In this document: piece by piece, positions 16,367 to 26,192 of the stretch | How positions within the stretch are numbered: the stretch's first letter is position 1 | How the letters are laid out: every line of letters begins with the position of its first letter | DNA from: Candidatus Pacearchaeota archaeon | GTDB taxonomy: Archaea > Nanobdellota > Nanobdellia > Pacearchaeales > GW2011-AR1 | Assembly: GCA_017609795.1 (NCBI GenBank) | Contig: JAFCDH010000001.1 | Location: forward strand, 1 to 52,934 | DNA length: 52,934 nt | Direction: 5' to 3' | Made by a program: the position numbers and the translations under genes | The notes under the pieces: model-generated | Seen by the model: the letters and a program-made list of their open reading frames with translations, nothing else | What the model was told of the DNA's origin: nothing | Databases searched by the model: none

Positions 16367-19300
16367 TTTCTTTTTTTAAAAGCCCTCCTTAACCATGATT
16401 TAGCTTTTCTTCTTGCTTCATAATATTGAGGAAATTTATATATTTTTCCTTTTGCTTTTTGTTTTTCTAAAACAATTACACCACTAACTCCTGAGATAGT
16501 TATTATAAAAATCCAAAAAAGTACTGGTGATTGGTTGGTTATACATCTTGATTTTATTTCAGGAGTATCTTCTACATCTAACCAATCTCCTATAGGATTT
16601 CCTGCAAAACAAGAAAAAATCAAATCATCCAGATTTAAGCCCCCACAATCACTTGGACAGCTATAAAAACTTTCTCCTGATTCACAAAGCCCATTTCCAC
16701 ATATCGCTTTTGCTTCTATTATTATTTCTGGTTCTTCTTCTTCTTCAGGTGGTGTTGGTTCTCCTCCTCCACCTAAACTACTCGGCGTGGTATAAGTTAT
16801 TGTAAATTCTTTTGTTGTTTTATTTTCATTACTTGCTAAGTCACTTGAATAAATAGTTAAATTATATGTTCCATAATTTCCTTGAACAGCAGCTAACCCA
16901 CGAACATTACAAGTATAAGAAATATTTTCATTAGTTCCATCAAGGCTTCCAGTTGCATTATAAATTGAATACTTACAAGAAAGAGTATTTGTGTCAGAGG
17001 TAGTTGAATTAAAATAAATCATTTTAGAATCTACAGTTGTACTTATTGAAGAAAGGTTTATTTCAGGAAAAATAGTATCCACACCAAAAGTAAAATTGTT
17101 TAAAGCCCAATCTCCATTATTACTCGTATCATTGCACCAAACATTCCAGACAAATTCCGTGTCTGTTAAAGTAAAATTTGTATAATTTTGAACTCCTGAA
17201 TTAGGTTTTTTCCATGTAAAATTCTTATGCCAAGTCCCTGTAGCATTATGATAAAGTCTACAAGTATCTAAACCATTAACATCTGTTGAAGTAAAATTAA
17301 AATGAGAATTAACCCCAGTATTTAACCAAAGCCCATCTGTAGGATAATCTAAAACAGTTGATGGTGCAGTAAAAGAAAGCCCAAAAGTAACAGAAGAAGA
17401 ATTTATATTATTAAGAGTATCATTTACATAAAAAGTCAAAGTATATGCACCCTCACCTATTCCATCGATTTTAGTAACATTAAAAGTCATATTTGCACAA
17501 TCTGGAACAGTAGTATTGCTTGTAATTATATCTGTTGAATTAAAAATTCTATACCAGCAAGATTGAACACCAAGAGTTTCATCTGAAACAGTAAAATTTA
17601 AAGGAAGACTCTGATTTGTAGCATAATTTTGTGGTAGGGGTCTATATAAATCTAATAAAGGATTAGCATTATCTAAGGTAATTCTTCTTGTCCTAGTTTC
17701 ATTATAATTAGAAGCACCATCCCAAACACTAATATTATAATTATAAAACCCATCATTAAGCCCTGTCCAATTTACAACCCTTTGAGCAGTTGAATAAGTT
17801 GTTATATTTACTTGAGTTCCATTTCTATGATAAAGTCTAAAAGTAATATTTTTTTCATTTGTCTCTGTAACATTTGCATATACATAAATCCAGGTTCTTG
17901 TAAAATTTGTTTCATTAAGTTCAGTGCCAGTTCCATAGGAAATTAAAGGGTTGGTTGTGTCAATCGTGAAGGTTGTGGATTGAGTAGAGTTTGTATTTCC
18001 TACTGTATCATTACAATAAGCAGTTATTGTATAATCTCCGTCGGCAATAGAAGTGTTGGAGTAGTTCCCACCAGTTGAACTTGAATTTATAGATAAAGAA
18101 TAATTATTTAATCCAGAATTTAAACTCACAACACAGGCATTAAAATTTGTGCTTGTTAAATTTATGTGGATGAAGTTTTGTGAATAATAATTTGTATTTA
18201 CTGGATTTAAGATTCTATAATCTGGTGGAATTGTATCAATAAAAAAAGTAACATTGGAAGAATTTGTATTTCCAGCAGTATCATTTGTCCAAACCCTTAC
18301 AATATGCTTTCCATCTGTCCAAGTTATATCAGTTATATTTACTCCACAAGTTATTGAGGTGTTTAAAGTAAAAGTATCATTAGAATACCAACAAGAAGCT
18401 ATGTTTGTGTCGGCAAAGGTATATTCAACATCTAAAGTATTATCAGATGAACTTGTTCCATTTGTTGGACTTGTAATATTTATATAAGGGTGAACATTAT
18501 CTAAACTAAATACATCATTAAAATTATTTTCATTAACAGTAACATCATAAAGATGAGAAATTGTAGGATAACTAATATTTTGAGCATAAATTGTATAATT
18601 ACTATAATAAGTTGTAACTCCTCCAGTTCGATAATAATCAAATATTTCAGTTTGTGGAGTATACCCAGTATCATCTGTTGTAAAATTAAACTGAGGAGTG
18701 CCTGTAATATTATAAGCAGTTATATTTATTCCCTCAAGTGCAGAACCTGTATTTGAATCATTAACATAAGTTCTATAATACCATTTTCTATAAAGAGAAC
18801 AACCAGAACTAACATCTTCTTTTACTTTATCATAAGTTACATTTAAAAAAACATTATTAATTGATGCTGTTTCAAAGGGTGTAATTGTAACATCTACTGT
18901 TGTACTACTAATTTTTCCATCTTTTAAAAGATTATTGCTTGCACCATCTTGAAAATATACTCCATTTAGGTTATCATAAAAACTAAAATTAGTTAAATTA
19001 TTATCTAAAACATACCAAAAACCAATTGCCCATCTTGTTTCGCTTATTGTTATATCTGACCATTTATTTTTAGAACTTAAATAATCATCCCCCCACATAT
19101 TAATTCCTTCTGAAACCCCATTAGTTCCTGTAATAGTTATATTTTCTAAAACATTATTAACTGAATCTACAATATCAATACCATGGTCATAAACCCCATA
19201 ATTTCCTGTATTTATATTTATATCCTTTATTTCGATATTATCTGAACCACTAAAAATAGTAATTGCAGTAACACCAAAATTATTAATATTTCCGTTTTTA

Positions 19301-20172
19301 ATTACTGCATTATCTACTCCATTTATTACCCAAAATCCATAATTTGATTGCCCTCCTGGTTCTTCACCATTTCCTGTTAAGGTTTTTCCGTTCATATCAA
19401 ATATAATATCAGATGCTCTAAATGTAAAACAATTTCCAGCAATATTTGAAATATCTTGAGATAAAGTATATGTTCCTCCTGAATCTACAAATCCACAAGC
19501 AGAAATCTCTGGGTCTAATAATATTTCTATCTCTCCACCACCTTCTTTCTTATAACTTATTTCAAAATCATAATAAGCTGATTCATATTGTGGGAATTCA
19601 AAATTTATTTTATAAGCAAAATTTGTATCATCATAAGTTGTCTTGACTTTATCTCCTAAATAAGTCCAGTTATAAAATCTTTTTCTTTCAATTTCAAAAG
19701 AACAATCTTTTTCACAATCATAAAATTCAGTCTCATCAATACATTCATCAAAACAAGTTTCATTTGATAAAGTCTCATTATATAATTCAAATTGAGTAGA
19801 AAAATAAACATTATATTTCTTATCTTTAACTTGAGCATCCTTATCTAATAAAAATTTAAATATATCTACTGTTAAAGTATAATTAGGATTATAACCTTCT
19901 ATTATAGCATCACAAATCTTATATCCATCATTTATTGAATCAGGTTTCCAAAAACAATGCTCAACTATTTTTGCTGAAATTATAACTCCATCATTTTCAA
20001 TAATCTTCCTATTATTTTCTATTCTTTCTGTTTGCGGTTCATCAGCCAAAACAAAATAAAGACTAACACTTAAAACCAACCCAATTAAAATTATTACACT
20101 AAGTTTTCCCACACTCTTTTTATCCATTTTAAAATGTTGATTCAAATGTTGAATATTAGTTTTATAAACCAT
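16363..20172 (-). CDS. giant surface glycoprotein: parallel beta-helix + multiple Ig-like modules + C-terminal TM anchor
   Basis: NAVIKNGNINNFG/IEIKDININTGNYG beta-helix turns; repeated modules opening DTIPPD, DTTNPL, DNANPL, DTIFPE; CGNGLCESGESFYSCPSDCGG; dense NxS/T sequons; TM + basic tail. Alternative start at 20127. Confidence 0.8.
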   Translation of the reverse strand: MVYKTNIQHLNQHFKMDKKSVGKLSVIILIGLVLSVSLYFVLADEPQTERIENNRKIIENDGVIISAKIVEHCFWKPDSINDGYKICDAIIEGYNPNYTLTVDIFKFLLDKDAQVKDKKYNVYFSTQFELYNETLSNETCFDECIDETEFYDCEKDCSFEIERKRFYNWTYLGDKVKTTYDDTNFAYKINFEFPQYESAYYDFEISYKKEGGGEIEILLDPEISACGFVDSGGTYTLSQDISNIAGNCFTFRASDIIFDMNGKTLTGNGEEPGGQSNYGFWVINGVDNAVIKNGNINNFGVTAITIFSGSDNIEIKDININTGNYGVYDHGIDIVDSVNNVLENITITGTNGVSEGINMWGDDYLSSKNKWSDITISETRWAIGFWYVLDNNLTNFSFYDNLNGVYFQDGASNNLLKDGKISSTTVDVTITPFETASINNVFLNVTYDKVKEDVSSGCSLYRKWYYRTYVNDSNTGSALEGINITAYNITGTPQFNFTTDDTGYTPQTEIFDYYRTGGVTTYYSNYTIYAQNISYPTISHLYDVTVNENNFNDVFSLDNVHPYINITSPTNGTSSSDNTLDVEYTFADTNIASCWYSNDTFTLNTSITCGVNITDITWTDGKHIVRVWTNDTAGNTNSSNVTFFIDTIPPDYRILNPVNTNYYSQNFIHINLTSTNFNACVVSLNSGLNNYSLSINSSSTGGNYSNTSIADGDYTITAYCNDTVGNTNSTQSTTFTIDTTNPLISYGTGTELNETNFTRTWIYVYANVTETNEKNITFRLYHRNGTQVNITTYSTAQRVVNWTGLNDGFYNYNISVWDGASNYNETRTRRITLDNANPLLDLYRPLPQNYATNQSLPLNFTVSDETLGVQSCWYRIFNSTDIITSNTTVPDCANMTFNVTKIDGIGEGAYTLTFYVNDTLNNINSSSVTFGLSFTAPSTVLDYPTDGLWLNTGVNSHFNFTSTDVNGLDTCRLYHNATGTWHKNFTWKKPNSGVQNYTNFTLTDTEFVWNVWCNDTSNNGDWALNNFTFGVDTIFPEINLSSISTTVDSKMIYFNSTTSDTNTLSCKYSIYNATGSLDGTNENISYTCNVRGLAAVQGNYGTYNLTIYSSDLASNENKTTKEFTITYTTPSSLGGGGEPTPPEEEEEPEIIIEAKAICGNGLCESGESFYSCPSDCGGLNLDDLIFSCFAGNPIGDWLDVEDTPEIKSRCITNQSPVLFWIFIITISGVSGVIVLEKQKAKGKIYKFPQYYEARRKAKSWLRRAFKKRK

Positions 20173-20173
20173 C

Positions 20174-20665
20174 CTAAGTATTTAAATTTAACTGAAACTC
20201 TCCAAATATAATAAATTTAAACTTATCTAAAAGGTTTTTTTCAGGTATTTTACAAAAAATCTGTTCTTTTTCTATTTGAAAATTGTCTTCAAAATTATTA
20301 TTATCCCCTTTTGTCTTAAAAAAATAACCACTTTTAGCAGAAATTCTATGACCAATTAATTCAATTTTTCCATTAACTGGAACATAGAAGGCTATAATAT
20401 CTCCAATATTATAATTTTTTTGAGGAATACAAAGACACTCATCATCACTATAGATGTTTGGTTCCATAGAATCACCATTCACCCTCATAATATAAAGTGG
20501 ATTTTTTTTCAGTTCTTCCCTTATTTCATTAACTACTTCTCCTTCATAAGTAACAAATGTTTCATAATGAATTTCTTTCCCAGGATAACAAAGTGGTGCT
20601 TTTACATTTATAAAAAAGATTCCAAGTATCAAGATTATTCCTAAGATAATTAATTCCCATTTCAT
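20174..20665 (-). CDS. type I signal peptidase, archaeal/ER (S26B, Sec11/SipW-like)
   Basis: N-terminal TM; NGDSMEP (Ser box), IGHRI (His box), TKGDNN (box E). Confidence 0.75.
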   Translation of the reverse strand: MKWELIILGIILILGIFFINVKAPLCYPGKEIHYETFVTYEGEVVNEIREELKKNPLYIMRVNGDSMEPNIYSDDECLCIPQKNYNIGDIIAFYVPVNGKIELIGHRISAKSGYFFKTKGDNNNFEDNFQIEKEQIFCKIPEKNLLDKFKFIIFGEFQLNLNT

Positions 20666-21183
20666 AGTTTCTTTAAGAACAATATTAATATTGCTATAAC
20701 CCCCGCTATTAAAGCTATTACAGTTGATTTATTTTTAAATAGTAATGAAATATGTGTTATAAAAGTTTCTGCTTCTTCTTCACAAGCATCTAAAGTAGTA
20801 AAATAAGTAGCAGGACATCCTTCTTCTTGTAAAAAATATTCTGAATAACATCTATCATCTTCCCCAATAAAATAACATTCTATTTTTGGTTTTTCTACTG
20901 CTTTTATCCCATATTTTAATTCACATTCGTGTTTTGTTGAATAATATCCTTCAGGGCAAACTAGTAAATTTTGTTCAGTGAAATTAATTAAATTAACTTT
21001 TTGTTGAACACAGGTATCAGAAGTAGATAAAGTATAACAGATTCCAGTAGTATTTGAAACAAACCCCACCATTTCCTGTCCACCAAAAAGTATAAAAGTA
21101 AATTGTGGTTGTTGTGTCGCCCAAATAAATAAGATTAGTACAATCAGTCCAAAAATTAATTTCTCTTTATCTTTCATTTTCAA
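20662..21183 (-). CDS. secreted Cys-rich protein with C-terminal TM anchor
   Basis: Signal anchor, 10+ Cys, C-terminal IALIAGVIAILILFL. Confidence 0.6.
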   Translation of the reverse strand: MKMKDKEKLIFGLIVLILFIWATQQPQFTFILFGGQEMVGFVSNTTGICYTLSTSDTCVQQKVNLINFTEQNLLVCPEGYYSTKHECELKYGIKAVEKPKIECYFIGEDDRCYSEYFLQEEGCPATYFTTLDACEEEAETFITHISLLFKNKSTVIALIAGVIAILILFLKKL

Positions 21184-21952
21184 TATTTAATATAATCTCT
21201 TGAGTTTCTGAATACTCATAATTATATTTTTCATTTAATAGTGATTGAAAGAATTTAGTCCAGTGTTTTCTGTTGAAATTCACTTCTGAGTGGCATCCCC
21301 AACACAAACTTATACAATTTTGAGGTATTGAGAGCTTTTTATCATAATTTACATGATGAATCGATAATGCTCTACTTTCTTTTTCTTGATGTTTCCCACA
21401 TTTTAGACATATATAATTGTCTCTTTTTCTTATTGCTCTTTTAAATTTTCTAGTAAATCTTAAATCATAAGGTTCAAAAGAAATCCCTCCCCTCCAAGCA
21501 GGGCTTTTCTCTCCACTTCTACCATTTAATTTACCCTCTGCATATAATTTCTTTAGTGTCTTACTAAGATTCTTTGAAAGTCTTCTTAAAGGTTCATAAT
21601 TCTCTTTTGTTTTTCCTTTACAATGGGGGATGTTTCCTTTTTTAAATTCTCTTAAAGGGGGCTTTCCGCTATTAAATTTACTACAACTAACTTTTACTTT
21701 ATTTTCATTAAGAATCATATAGATAGGAGTAAGACTACAATTAAATTTCTTTGTTATTTGTGGTCGTCCTGAAAGGTTTCCCTTAACATACATATCTACT
21801 ATTTTTTTCATTGGAAGATTTAATCTCTTTGGTAAATCTAATGTTTTCCCTTTATGATTAGGAGTGTGTCCTTTTTTAAATTCTGTTTCTGGAGAATAAT
21901 GTTCTCCTTTAACAAATCTTCCTTTTGAATCTCTTTTTGTATTTTCTTTCAT
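21167..21952 (-). CDS. HNH homing endonuclease with NUMOD-like DNA-binding modules
   Basis: FKKGHTPNHKGK / FKKGNIPHCKGK repeats; HTH IVDMYVKGNLSGRPQITKKFNC; CLKCGK..SIHHVNYD..CWGCHSEVN. Confidence 0.75.
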   Translation of the reverse strand: MKENTKRDSKGRFVKGEHYSPETEFKKGHTPNHKGKTLDLPKRLNLPMKKIVDMYVKGNLSGRPQITKKFNCSLTPIYMILNENKVKVSCSKFNSGKPPLREFKKGNIPHCKGKTKENYEPLRRLSKNLSKTLKKLYAEGKLNGRSGEKSPAWRGGISFEPYDLRFTRKFKRAIRKRDNYICLKCGKHQEKESRALSIHHVNYDKKLSIPQNCISLCWGCHSEVNFNRKHWTKFFQSLLNEKYNYEYSETQEIILNIENER

Positions 21953-21954
21953 TT

Positions 21955-23304
21955 TTAAAATACCCCCACCACACAGTAACCAACTCCAAATTTATCTGTT
22001 TCACAAATTCCATCTCCACCCCAAAGGATTTCACAATCTTGTTCAAATCCTATACACTCACCTAAACATTGATATTCTGTTAAAACATCACCTGTACAAA
22101 AATCAAAAAGTTCTCCAGTTTCTCCAATACAACTTCCAGGAGTTTCTATATCAAAACCATCATCTGTATCTAAACAAGCCCAATCCGAACAATAACAACC
22201 ACCGTCGTTAATACAATGCATTCCCTCATCACACCATCCACCACAAAATAAATCAATTACTTCAGAAACATGACAAGGAGTTTCAGTATAAGGCATAGGA
22301 ACACACCATCCAACTGTTTCACTTGTATACATAGGAGAACAAACAGTATCAATATCATCAGTATAACCATAACAACTTGGAAATTCACTATCATGCCTAC
22401 ATTCACAAAAAGGTATACAATCTGTATCAAAACAATCTATTGCTTCATCTAAATCATTATCTATTTCATCAGTACAAAGTTCTTCTGTATTTTCTTCTAT
22501 AATTACTTCCCCATCACAAACAGCCCTACAAGCAATTATATCACCTTCAAATGCTTCCATACAAGGAACAAATTCTCCTCCCTCATCATAATCTTCACCA
22601 CCACTATGTGAAACACAATAATCAAAAACTTCATCATAACATTCATCATAACATGCTTCTAAGTCTACATCATCATCATCATCATCTATTATTTCTCCAA
22701 CGTCTCTACATTCTCCTTCTTCACAAGTCCAAGTTTCTCCATATCTTGTTTTACAATTAATATCTTCTGAAGTATAAGTTAATTCATCATAACAATATCT
22801 TTCTCTTAAAATATTTCCCATACAAATATCATCTAAATTTGCCCCACTTAAAATACTTCCAAAAGTAATATAATCTCTTCCATCATCTGTTTCAACACAA
22901 GGAGGAATTGGAACTTCAACAATATCTCCTGGGCAATCTACTCCCGGCTTACAATCTTCTAGACTTGATTCAAATATAGCAAACTCCCCTAAGAAACTTA
23001 TATCAAAATTTCCAATAGACATATTTCCATCTACATCACAAACAGCCATATTCATTAAAATAATTCCGACACCTAAAATAATTAATCCAATCTTTAAATA
23101 ATGTTTTTTATTTTTCCAAGCAAAAAAAGCCATTACTACAAATACTATAGCAAAAATAATACAATATGTATGGTCACAGAAATGTAATTTTACTAAAAAA
23201 CCATTTGCCCAATCGTGGACTTGAGGTAAGACAAAGAACAAAGCTAAAGCTAATAATAATATTGCAAAGTTTTTCCATTTCTTTATTTCTTGTTGTATTT
23301 TCAT
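21955..23304 (-). CDS. polytopic N-terminus + large Cys/Asp/Glu-rich ectodomain protein
   Basis: 3 TM helices, then about 50 Cys in an acidic sequence including DDDDDDVD. Confidence 0.65.
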   Translation of the reverse strand: MKIQQEIKKWKNFAILLLALALFFVLPQVHDWANGFLVKLHFCDHTYCIIFAIVFVVMAFFAWKNKKHYLKIGLIILGVGIILMNMAVCDVDGNMSIGNFDISFLGEFAIFESSLEDCKPGVDCPGDIVEVPIPPCVETDDGRDYITFGSILSGANLDDICMGNILRERYCYDELTYTSEDINCKTRYGETWTCEEGECRDVGEIIDDDDDDVDLEACYDECYDEVFDYCVSHSGGEDYDEGGEFVPCMEAFEGDIIACRAVCDGEVIIEENTEELCTDEIDNDLDEAIDCFDTDCIPFCECRHDSEFPSCYGYTDDIDTVCSPMYTSETVGWCVPMPYTETPCHVSEVIDLFCGGWCDEGMHCINDGGCYCSDWACLDTDDGFDIETPGSCIGETGELFDFCTGDVLTEYQCLGECIGFEQDCEILWGGDGICETDKFGVGYCVVGVF

Positions 23305-24869
23305 CTTTTCTTACCACCTGCGAGTAATAATAACAATAATATAACACCTCCAGCTATTATAAATATTTTGTATTTATCCCAAAACTCTTGTAAATCAAAT
23401 AAATCATCTTCTTTATCTTTTAAATCTTCAATTAATTTTTGTTGTTCTTCTATTGTTAATCTTAATTGTTCAACTAATGCTTTTTCTTGTTCTAAACTTA
23501 ATTCTAAATTTGCTATGATTTCTAATTGTTCTTCTGTTGTTAATTCTAATTGATTAATTAAGTCTGCATTTTCTGCAATAGTTAATCCCATTGCTGTAAT
23601 TAATTTAGCTAACTCTTCTTTTGTAAATTCTAATTGATTAATTAATTGTGCTTGTTCATCTATTGTATCATATAAAGCTAAAATTATTTCTGCATCATCT
23701 CCAATTAAATTTTCAAGAGCTTTAATTATTTCTGCCTGGTCTGCAAAACTTAATTCCATTTCAGCTATTAGTCTTGCTTGATTTTCATTTTCAACTTGTA
23801 ATAATTGTATTAATGCCGCTTTTGCTGCGAGATTTATCTTCATTTGATTAATTAAATCTGCTTGTTCTTGTATTGTTAAATCTAATTGTTCAATTATTAT
23901 GTATTGTTCTGCAACAGTTAATTGCATTTCTGTGATTAATGTAGCTTGTTCTTCAAGATTTAATTCTAATTGTTTTATAATCTCTGCTTTTTCTGCTGTT
24001 AATAACTCTAATTGTGTTATCATAGCTAATTGTCCTTCTAAAGTAGTAGTTAAATTTTTGATTATTTCTGCTTTTTGTCCTATGGTTAATTCTAATTGAT
24101 TAATTATATCCATTAATCTTGCTTGTTCTTCATCTGAAAGTGCTACAAAATTTACTATTTCTATAAATCTTTGGTCTCTACAAATATAATAGATTCCTTC
24201 ATCTGCTTTTATCTCATTTTCAATACAATCTAAAGAAGGATAATCTATATCAAGAAATGGTCTATATTTCCATAGAGAATCTTTTGACCTAATTATTACT
24301 TTTTCAGCACAATCTCTATCATCATTTTGAATTACAATACTAAATACATTTTCATCAGCCCTTATCTTTGTTTCAATATAGTTTGCTAATCCTTGAAATC
24401 TAATATAGTCATCATCATCTGAAACTGAAAAACGGAAGGAAGTTATCGAAGCCCCTGTACTTGGTTTATTGTTCCAATTTATAGTATTTTCATTCCAATC
24501 ATTGGTTGTTTCGTGCATAACAATATCAACAGTATTACCTATAGTTGAAACATATACATACAAATCTGCTTTTGTTAAATGATTTCCTTCCCTAACTGTC
24601 CTATACAATTCACTATTTTTATCTAATTCAAATTTCATATAAGTTCTATATTCATCATCACAATCAGAACCACTTGCATATCCAAATCTTAAATAATTTT
24701 CAAATCCATAATTAGTGCTTTTATCCTCATCAACCCGAGAATCTTCTATTGGAAAAATTGCATCAGTGGTTGGTTGATAAACAGCAAATAAATCTAATTT
24801 AGGTAAAACAAATATAGCTAAGACTAATAAAATTCCAATGATTATTAATGTGTTATTTTGTTTTGTCAT
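23301..24869 (-). CDS. anchored stalk protein: DNRLRE/CBM96-like head + 17 x 14-aa coiled-coil repeats + TM
   Basis: TNYGFENYLRFGY..YMKFEL..WNENTINWNNKP; tandem ELTxxEQAxLIxQL units; C-terminal TM + KKR. Confidence 0.75.
   Translation of the reverse strand: MTKQNNTLIIIGILLVLAIFVLPKLDLFAVYQPTTDAIFPIEDSRVDEDKSTNYGFENYLRFGYASGSDCDDEYRTYMKFELDKNSELYRTVREGNHLTKADLYVYVSTIGNTVDIVMHETTNDWNENTINWNNKPSTGASITSFRFSVSDDDDYIRFQGLANYIETKIRADENVFSIVIQNDDRDCAEKVIIRSKDSLWKYRPFLDIDYPSLDCIENEIKADEGIYYICRDQRFIEIVNFVALSDEEQARLMDIINQLELTIGQKAEIIKNLTTTLEGQLAMITQLELLTAEKAEIIKQLELNLEEQATLITEMQLTVAEQYIIIEQLDLTIQEQADLINQMKINLAAKAALIQLLQVENENQARLIAEMELSFADQAEIIKALENLIGDDAEIILALYDTIDEQAQLINQLEFTKEELAKLITAMGLTIAENADLINQLELTTEEQLEIIANLELSLEQEKALVEQLRLTIEEQQKLIEDLKDKEDDLFDLQEFWDKYKIFIIAGGVILLLLLLAGGKKR
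23421..24140 (-). repeat. 17 tandem 42-nt (14-aa) coding repeats
   Basis: Exact 14-residue register from DEEQARLMDIINQL to RLTIEEQQKLIEDL; DNA string AATTCTAATTGATTAATTA recurs 3 times. Confidence 0.85.
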
Positions 24870-24881
24870 TTTAAATTTATA

Positions 24882-26192
24882 TTATATTAAACATGAAATA
24901 TCAAATGTTTCTTTTCTTACTTCGTAATTTGGATTTGAAGATGAAGATTCTGAACCAATTAAATCAACATAATATTCCTCTGTAAATTGTACTGGATTCT
25001 CAAAATTGATAACTCCTTCGTAATTAGAAAATGTACAACTACTATCATCTAAAGATAAAATAGTAAAAGTATTTGTAACTCCTAAATTATTTCTAAGTCT
25101 ATATTTAAATGTTATTTTGCCCCTGGTTGTTTGTTGTCTTACTTCTATATTATAACTTAAGGCATTACAAGAACTTCTAAATCCATCAGCCCCAGGGACA
25201 TTAAAAGGAGTAGACCTTATGACAACATCCTTTCCACCAGTAGAAAAAGAGGAAGAAGATATAAAATCATTATTTATTACATTAACATTTGTAGGAATTA
25301 TTGGAAAACTAAAATCAGTATCATAAGTATAACATAAACCAAAAGAATCTCCATTCATACTTACATCTCCTTCTAAAGTATATCCTGTTGGGCATGATTC
25401 CGCAGGAGTATATCCGCTACCACTTATAGAAATTCTATCCCTAGTAATAGGATTAAAACATTGCCTTAATTTTTGATTATAACTACGAACCTTACCAATA
25501 TAAGTATAACCTGCCTTCCCTAAACAAGTATAATCTGGAATATAATTATATTCACTAACTGTAAGATAATCTCCAGTTTGAGAATTATAGCAAATCCCCC
25601 AAGGATAAACAGCAACTCCAGTATATCCTTGTATGTTCCTATCAAAAGTATACCAAGGCATTCCATTACAAGTTAAATCATCTTTAGAAACAACCATATA
25701 ATCAATTGTATTTGGTCCTTCTGGCACTTCAGCCACAAAACTTATAATTCCTGAATAAGCCCTGTCTGGATAAATTGTTTCCTGAGTATAAGAATTTTCT
25801 CCTGAAAGTTCTATCCAAAAATTAACTGGCGAAATAGATTCAAATTGTTCTGTAAGCATTGGTTCTGAAGTCCATAATGTTTTTGATTCATCTATTGCTA
25901 ATGATTGAGGTGTAACTCCAACTAAAGAATCTTCAAATGCTTGAGGATAAGCATTTACAACTTGTATATTTTCTATTGGAACATCTTGATTTATTGCAGA
26001 AATATCAAAATAAATTTCATAAACATCTGACCTTCCATCAACTATTGTAAATCCACCTATTGAAAATATTTCATTTCCATCTTTATCTAAATAATGAACC
26101 TTTAATCCAACCCCTTCTGGCTCTTGATTTATAATAAACAAAGCTCCAACTAATAAGATTCCTAAAATAAAAAGGATTGTTTGGTCTTTCAT
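24882..26192 (-). CDS. secreted Cys-containing protein (shares N-terminal domain with 28131..28832)
   Basis: Signal anchor; VHYLDKDGNEI motif. Confidence 0.65.
   Translation of the reverse strand: MKDQTILFILGILLVGALFIINQEPEGVGLKVHYLDKDGNEIFSIGGFTIVDGRSDVYEIYFDISAINQDVPIENIQVVNAYPQAFEDSLVGVTPQSLAIDESKTLWTSEPMLTEQFESISPVNFWIELSGENSYTQETIYPDRAYSGIISFVAEVPEGPNTIDYMVVSKDDLTCNGMPWYTFDRNIQGYTGVAVYPWGICYNSQTGDYLTVSEYNYIPDYTCLGKAGYTYIGKVRSYNQKLRQCFNPITRDRISISGSGYTPAESCPTGYTLEGDVSMNGDSFGLCYTYDTDFSFPIIPTNVNVINNDFISSSSFSTGGKDVVIRSTPFNVPGADGFRSSCNALSYNIEVRQQTTRGKITFKYRLRNNLGVTNTFTILSLDDSSCTFSNYEGVINFENPVQFTEEYYVDLIGSESSSSNPNYEVRKETFDISCLI

Noticed and set aside
22668-22685. (CAT)6 / (GAT)6 microsatellite as a phase-variation switch
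   Set aside because: A trinucleotide unit keeps the frame, so it can only vary poly-Asp length. It is mentioned under the Cys/Asp-rich proteins and does not merit a separate finding.
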